A program made the translations under genes and the position numbers. 64,000 bases of DNA from Eledone cirrhosa (lineage: Eukaryota): contig OZ024741.1 of NCBI GenBank assembly GCA_964016885.1, positions 355,012,001 through 355,076,000 of the forward strand, written 5' to 3'. Shown one piece after another: positions 57,345-64,000 of this stretch; the stretch's first letter is position 1, and the number at the start of each line of letters is the position of its first letter. Under the pieces are notes generated by a model that was not told the DNA's origin, made no database searches, and saw nothing but the letters and a program-made list of their open reading frames with translations.

Positions 57345-58514
57345 GTAATTGTCTTCATCATCATCATCATCATCTCTGTTTTACATGCATGCATGTCTTC
57401 ATTGTCATCATTATTCAAAGTTCATGTACCCTGCTAGTTAGGGTTAGTTCTCAAGCAGAGTTATTGATCTCTCAGATGGTTGAGGATACAGCATCTCACT
57501 TACATATGATCCCATGTTCTACCAAGTGCATTTTATCATGGCACCAGCACCAGGGAAATTGTCATCTCTTTGACACAGCTGAAGCTTTTTACCAAATAAC
57601 AGATTTTCTAAAGCTGGATGTCTTCTCTATTTCAACCACTTTACAGTGTGTACTGGATGTGTTTAACATGTAGATCACTGACACTTGTTTATTGTCAACC
57701 TGGCCTGAGAGGAGTAACCACAAACAAGTATATATCTGTGTCAGAAGTCTACTGTAGACAAAAGGCATATTAAATAACATAACCATAAATGAAATGGATG
57801 GGGGGGGGGGGGGGGATACAGTCATGTGTCTGTTTTGTCTGACATGCATGTGTTTTAAGATATCTCTGGGATGTTCCATGTAGTGAGAATGGATGGGAAG
57901 GGTGCACTCATATGGGTATGTGATAAATATGACAATTGAATGGTGCTGAGGGATTACATGTTTAATCCTGAGCAAAATATGTGTCCAGAAAATGTTTTAA
58001 ATTCAGCACATCACACCCTCCTGGGGTTTTGAAATTTGGTCTCCTGGTGTAATTGTCTTTGTTGTATTTGTTTGGACCTCAATAGCTGAATAGTTGCTGG
58101 AACAGGTGAAGTTGGTTCTTGATTTCCATCGGCTTCAGCTATTTGCTCTGTTTCCTGTATTACAGGTGGATCAGATCCTATTTAAATTAATATCTTCCAA
58201 CATCATTATCATTTAACATGTTTTCCTTGGTAAAAAGGGTTGGACAGATCATTACAGACCAAGACAGTATTTAATTGGAGCTACTGACCTCTCAGTTAAG
58301 CCCTGGGCCACATCTTACTTACATTACTGTTTTACAAAGTGTACTGTTTGCAATTTTATCATAGCATCAGCACTAGGGAGGTTGTCATAATTTTATAGAA
58401 TAACTATATGTCAAGTTGCTATTTTAATAATGAAATAATTAATACTTCGTTTTTGTATTAGTTTTGCAAGACTCTTGATGTGTTATACTTTGGGGGAGGG
58501 GGTCGTGCTGCTAA

Positions 58515-59000
58515 TCATTATCATGATCATGATCATTGTTTAATGTCCATTTTTCCACACTTGCATGGGTTAGACAAGTTGTCATATTATGAGACAAGTC
58601 AATTCCAGAGACCACATGGTGCTCATATATATCTGCAGTTTGACTTGGTTTCTTCAGCTGGATGCCTTTCCTAACACCAACTACATTACAATGTGAACTA
58701 GGTGCATTTTATCATGGCACTGAAACAACCCTCTTACAGGGTGAACTGGGTGCTTTTTGTTGTGTCACCAGAACAACCAACTTACAGTGTGAACTGGATG
58801 ACTTTTCTCGTGTCACCTACATGACCACCTTACAGGATAGAATGTGTACTTTTGTTGTTGTGGCACTGGATCAGTATACAGGGTGGTGTTTTTTGTCGTG
58901 GCAACAGCATTGCAGGAGATCAGATGTTGAGCATGTCCAGTTTTCATGCTTGTATGTGTGGGTTGGGCACGCGAGGTGTATCAGGGGTGAGGGTTTGGAA
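58515..59000 (-). mobile_element. RTE-3'-end-derived repeat with internal TTACAGTGTGAACTGG subrepeats
   Basis: GTCCATTTTTCCACACTTGCATGGGTTAGAC...CAGCTGGATGCCTTTCCTAACACCAAC. Related pieces at ~57355-57660, 60430-60940 and 61290-61460. Confidence 0.65.
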
Positions 59001-59505
59001 GGATGGGGACAGGTAAGCAAGTTCAACATCGACTAGGTGCATGGGATATTCTTTCAAAATTTTACATCCATGGGATTTCTGTTTTGTTGTTGTTGTTGTT
59101 CTTGTTTGAAGATAGATACATTGGTAAATATACTTAGATTGCTATTAATAGAAAGTCAAACAGACAGGTAGGTAGATAGATGGATAGATAGATAGAAATA
59201 GAGATAACAAGATAGACTGGCAGAGAGATGGATTGGCAGTTAGGTAGGTTGATTCTTAGTCAGATAAAGAGATAAAGACAGAAAAATATATAGCTAGATA
59301 AATAGATAGATAGGTTGATGTTGTTTTTATTGTCTGAAGATAATGCATGCCTGTCCTTATATATATGTGTGTATATATATATATATGCATCTGATCATAT
59401 CATATCCATTTTCCATGCTAGCACACATACACCCACACACACACTTACATATATATGTGTGTACACTATGTATGAATTTATATTGATATCAATATTTCTT
59501 TGCAG

Positions 59506-59607
59506 TACCCATAACAGTTCTGATTTTGGGAGCTAATCAAGAGGCCCATTGTTCATATTATCCAAATAAAGGAGGTGATGAACTCTACGAAAATATAATA
59601 TATCTTG
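59506..59607 (+). CDS. CWF19L1: CWF19L1 coding exon 4
   Basis: TGCAG| (V)PITVLILGANQEAHCSYYPNKGGDELYENIIYL(G) |GTTAGT. Confidence 0.92.
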
Positions 59608-60577
59608 GTTAGTGTATTTCTTCTTTTATATTTACTCGTAATGCCCTGTACTAAATGAAACTGTACTAGCAAGACATTATTTAAGGAATAGAAAATGGCA
59701 CTATGGCTGCATCACATTTTTTACTCTAATACTGCACATTTTCACAACAATCTCTCCACTAGTAAAGTTACTATAAATATTTGAACTAACAAACGACATG
59801 AAACCACATTAACAAGACATTCTTGAAAAGTACAAAACATCACTATGACTACATCACATTAAATATCAAAGTTTTTACTCTTGTGTTGCAAATTCTCTGT
59901 CCACTAGCTACTTGGTATTGCTCTTTGCTACCCACAATTTTCCACTCTTTCTATGCCCTGTTTCTTAGCTTTAATGGCTCTATAAACAGTACTGTTCCAC
60001 CAGGTCACTTTTCGTCTGGCTGGAGCAAAGCACCAGCCATGTATCTTATCTGTAGCCTGAAGCAGGTTCTCCCATAGGAACTTCCAATAGTCTTCTATGT
60101 CCTACTTACCTCCTACACCCTCTCGTTGTACATGTCTCACAGAGCTTTTCTTTACTTTCACTTTTGAAATACATGAAATTTCATAAATTTTCAGTCCATT
60201 TGAAAACTGGTCGTTTTCATCCAACTTACAAAATGTCAAATATTTTGAAAATTATTCATTTTGTCACAGCCATGGCACTAATGTATTCTATATTTTTTTA
60301 ATAGATTATTTTGTTGTATGAAGGAGATGTCATAGGACTGAGTGGATTGGTTATATGCCATAATACAAAGGCACTGTGATACGAGAAGTAAATGCAGCGA
60401 CTGATCAGGGGCTACTGTCTGGATGAGCATGTGACAACCTTTCTAGTGTTGGTGCCACAATACAACACAGCCAGTCCACTCTGTAAAGTGGTAGTGTTGG
60501 TGCCATAATGAAATGCATGCAGTTCACTTTATAAAGTGGTAATGTTGATTCCATGAAAAACGCACCCAGTACACTCT

Positions 60578-60794
60578 TTAACCCTTTAGCATTTACATTA
60601 CTCTATATATAGTATTATATTTTCACATAAAGGCTTTACCTTACATAATTATCTCACATAATATTGAATCTATGAGATTCATTTTGAGAACAATACCTTA
60701 ACATCAGTATAAGTAGCCAATTATAGCTGGGATGAACAGAAGGAGGTGAGGGGATTCTGGCCAGATACGGCCGGTTTAAATGTTAAAGGGTTAA
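60578..60794. mobile_element. TTAA-flanked MITE (piggyBac-like ends)
   Basis: TTAA-CCCTTTAGCATTTA ... TAAATGTTAAAGGG-TTAA. Confidence 0.75.
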
Positions 60795-60965
60795 GGTCAT
60801 TGGTATTAGGAAGGGTATCCAGCCATAGAAAAGAAACCATGTTAAATATGAGGTCGCTCTAACCCAGCTGGTCTTGGACTGTGACAGCCTATCTGACCCA
60901 TGCCAGCCTGGAAAGCAGATGTAAAAATAGCGATATGAGTCTTGATTTTATTTCATTATATTTAG

Positions 60966-61168
60966 GCAGACAAGGAGTATTCACCACCAGTTCTGGATTA
61001 CAGATTGCATACCTGAGTGGTATTCACAGTGGCTCTAATTGTGGTTTTACTATAAACAATGTTGATGAGCTAATTAATTCAGTAACATCTAGCAAACAAT
61101 TCAAAGGAGTGGATATATTAATTACATCCCAGTGGCCAAAAGGTGTTGAAAAATATTCTGGAGATGTG
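60966..61168 (+). CDS. CWF19L1: CWF19L1 coding exon 5
   Basis: TTTAG| (G)RQGVFTTSSGLQIAYLSG...FKGVDILITSQWPKGVEKYSGDV |GTAAAG. Confidence 0.94.
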
Positions 61169-61705
61169 GTAAAGTTATACACTTTTTCTTTTTCTTTTAT
61201 TTAAATGGCTTTAGTAAACTTTGAATTTATGACACTTTCAGCAGTCTAGTCACTTAAATTTGACTGTATAATTCTTTTATACAACCTGTAAACGTGGTTG
61301 GTATTAGGGAGGGCATCCAGCTGTAAAATACCCAGCCAAATTTACAGTCCTCATTGGAGCATGGTGCGACACATGTTCAACCCTACCTCCCGGCATGTAT
61401 GACCCGTTTAACCCTTGTAAGCATGGAAAAAATGATGTTAAACGGAAATGATGATGATGACATACATACAATTGTCCATACATATATCCATACATCACAC
61501 ATACATACCACTCTGTGGAGTGGTAGTGCTGGTGCCATGATAAAATCTACCCAATGCTGGTGTCCCAATAAAATACCTCCAGTACAGTGTGTAAAGTGGC
61601 TAGTAATACAAAAGGGCAGCTAAACATAAAAACCATGCCAAACATCATTTAATGGCAGGAGCTTCTGTTTTATCATGAAAGGCAACATGAAATGAAGTGT
61701 CTTGT

Positions 61706-61821
61706 TTAACCTTCAGCATGCTGTAGGTGCTTTATGTTGCCAATAGAGTAATCTCCCCTTAATACATACTACAATGTCAAGGGAAGCAATTCATAAAAAA
61801 ATTCAGCGTGCTAAAGGTTAA
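61706..61821. mobile_element. Short TTAA-flanked MITE
   Basis: TTAACCTTCAGCATGCTG ... CAGCGTGCTAAAGGTTAA inverted ends. Confidence 0.6.
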
Positions 61822-62021
61822 GAACACAACACACAGGATCTTATAATCGTGAATCCAACACTAACCAATAGGGTGCTTAATGTCACTTTGAAAGAAATTC
61901 TAATTGCTTTTAGTTTGGTAGGCCAGCTACCCACAATGGGGAGTGGTGGAATGTAGTTTAGCATGTGTTTGTCGTTTTGTGAATTGTGTTCATTTCCTGA
62001 TAGTTTTCTTTTATATTGCAG

Positions 62022-62140
62022 GAAGGTCTTAATTCAGACAAATGTGGTTCACCACTTATTTCCAAGGTGGCCCTAATGTTACGACCACGGTATCATTTTG
62101 TTGGCTTGCAAGGAGTTTTCCATGAAAGACTACCATATAG
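62022..62140 (+). CDS. CWF19L1: CWF19L1 coding exon 6 (gene continues beyond the window)
   Basis: TGCAG| [39 protein letters not shown](R) |GTGATT. PRYHF and ERLPY are conserved CWF19L1 motifs. Confidence 0.94.
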
Positions 62141-62467
62141 GTGATTATTTGTTTGTTTCATTGTTTTTTTTACGCTAAACTCCACTAGTTGCAGACTGTG
62201 CATCAACATGAGATATTTTCCTCTATGTTGATGCATAGTCTGCAACTGTTTCATTGATTATCTTAAAACAGTGGTTCTCACTTTTTGACCTGCGACAATT
62301 TAAACTGAAATCAATCTTAACAGTCTTGGAGGGCCTCCAAAAGTCATGGGCACAGCCACTTCCTCCGAACGTAGACCCCCCCCCCCCCCCCACACATACA
62401 CACACACACGCGCACAAAATATATATAAAGATGGTAATGAAATATTTTCTGAGTCTATGTGTATCTA

Positions 62468-62706
62468 TATCATCATCATCATGAATCACTGTTTTGTGTC
62501 CATTCTTCCATGTTAGCATGGGTTAGACGGGTTGTCCTGTTGTGGGCAATGCCAGGTCAGGTGACCATGTCTTGCTCACAGAACTGATTTTGGCTTGATT
62601 TCTACAGCTGCATGCCCTTCCTAACACCAACCTCATTTACAGTGAGTACTGAGTGCTTTTTATTGTGGCACCTACACAACCATTTTACAGTGTGGACTGG
62701 GTGCTA
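62468..62706 (-). mobile_element. 3' UTR fragment of the RTE family at 31679
   Basis: Close match to ~31679-31917 (TAGCATGGGTTAGACGGGTTGTCCTGTTGTGGGCA...CCAACCTCATTTACAGTGAGT). Confidence 0.88.
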
Positions 62707-63044
62707 GATGAAGACCCAACTAGGTCTGAGAATCAAAGGTCTTTATAATTTTTTCAGTTTACAGGGAACTTTGTATTTTTAGCATATTTATAAGTCTTTA
62801 TATTAAAAATGTGTATGTATACACATTAGCACAGTCTTAATTACTCACTCTGTATATATACAGATATAACTTTATTGTACACTTCAGCTGCTTAGCACAC
62901 TTCTTTATATATATATTATATATATAAAATAAAGGATAAAGATCCCATAACTCCTTGTGGAATCGTAAAGGCACCGTCATACGGCGTGTCTAGGGCACAT
63001 TTAAACCCGGTGGTGCTCAACACTCTCCAAGTCTGAACACAGCC

Positions 63045-63223
63045 AATTTTTTCTATAGAGGAAGAATCGACCCTAGTACTGGACTGGTACTTTTTTTATT
63101 GACTTTGAAAGGAAGAAAGGCAAAGTTGACCACGGTAGGATTTGAACTCAGAACATGCAATGAAGTAGGACGAATACCGTAAAGCATTCTATCTGACATC
63201 TTAACGACTGCCAATTCACCACC
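63045..63223 (-). mobile_element. tRNA-derived SINE
   Basis: GACTGGTACTTT...GAAAGGCAAAGTTGACCACGGTAGGATTTGAACTCAGAAC...CTGCCAATTCACC. Confidence 0.78.
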
Positions 63224-63244
63224 TATTATATATATATATATAAT

Positions 63245-64000
63245 AGACTTCTTGAATTTTGTGATGCAAGTACACTGACTATTTGCAACACAAACTTCCA
63301 GAAACCTGCCAATCACCTAATAACCTACAAATCTGGCGAGCACATAAGCCAGATTGACTTCTTACTAGTTAGGCAGCGGGACAGGAAGATAGTGTCTAAT
63401 ACCAAGGCATACCCTGGGGAAGAATGTACCCCACAGCATAGGTTAGTCGTTAGTGATATCTCAGTAAGCAAGAGATGGAATGAGACATACAGGAAGGTGT
63501 GGAGAAGAAAGGTCTGGAAGCTAAAAGACCTTTCACTAAAATACAAATTTAGGAAAGCCCTTCAAGATGTATATGACGAAAAAGAAGACGATTTAGAGAC
63601 GTATGACATAGATAATAACTGGAATTTCTTAGTGACAACTTACTGCAGGCTACTGATGAAACTTGTGGCTGGAGCAGAGCTCCAACCAGACAGAGAGTGA
63701 CTTGGTGGTGGAACAGCACAGTAGATAAGGCCATTAGAGACAAGAGACTAGCATGGAACGCTTGGAAAAAGGGTGGGAGTAGGGAAGAATATACAGCCGC
63801 TAAGAGAGAAGCTAGACGTCAGGTGTACTTAGCATGCAGAGAGGCTGAGAGTAGGAGGTTTGCCAATGTTCTGCGACGGGAAGATCAGAGGCGTGCGATG
63901 TTCCACATTGCAAGGCAGTGTGTCAATGCAAATCAGGATGTTGTTGGAGATAAATGTGTCCGGAATGATGCCGGTGTACTTAGTGTCACGAATGATCAGA
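63245..64000 (+). mobile_element. 5'-truncated, frameshifted RTE LINE related to the 31679 element (runs off the window)
   Basis: RLLEFCDA..ICNTNFQKPANHLITYKSGEH.SQIDF...GEECTPQHRLVVSD...WWWNSTVDKA, colinear with the 32921-35101 ORF. Confidence 0.9.

Overview
Eukaryotic, very AT-rich DNA. About half the window is (TA)n/(TATG)n microsatellite, and the long I/Y-rich ORFs in the track are artefacts of it. The tRNA-derived SINEs, RTE LINEs and TTAA MITEs resemble the repeat set of octopus genomes (inference). Host genes: six 5' coding exons of CWF19L1 (+, from 52562, continuing past the window) and an isolated RMND5-like first exon (51144). Mobile DNA: a nearly intact RTE LINE (-, 31679-35345; one 1-nt frameshift; PHD finger inside the RT ORF) whose 5' end runs into a nested tandem array (35346-39410), plus RTE, L1/Tx1, SINE and MITE fragments. 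The main signal is a set of non-coding elements carrying hammerhead ribozymes, mostly inserted in (TA)n tracts. The largest is a 4.5-kb array of about 14.5 near-identical 310-bp units (6500-11018) with one minimal type I hammerhead per complete unit, arranged as two divergent arms. A second family member with a canonical hammerhead lies at 1021-1220, a 54-bp inverted micro-insertion of it at 40766, and a fold-back with a degenerate hammerhead at 48269. Together they look like a retrozyme/Penelope-type circular-RNA retroelement system that targets microsatellites. No alignments, folding or database searches were run; all calls come from reading the sequence.
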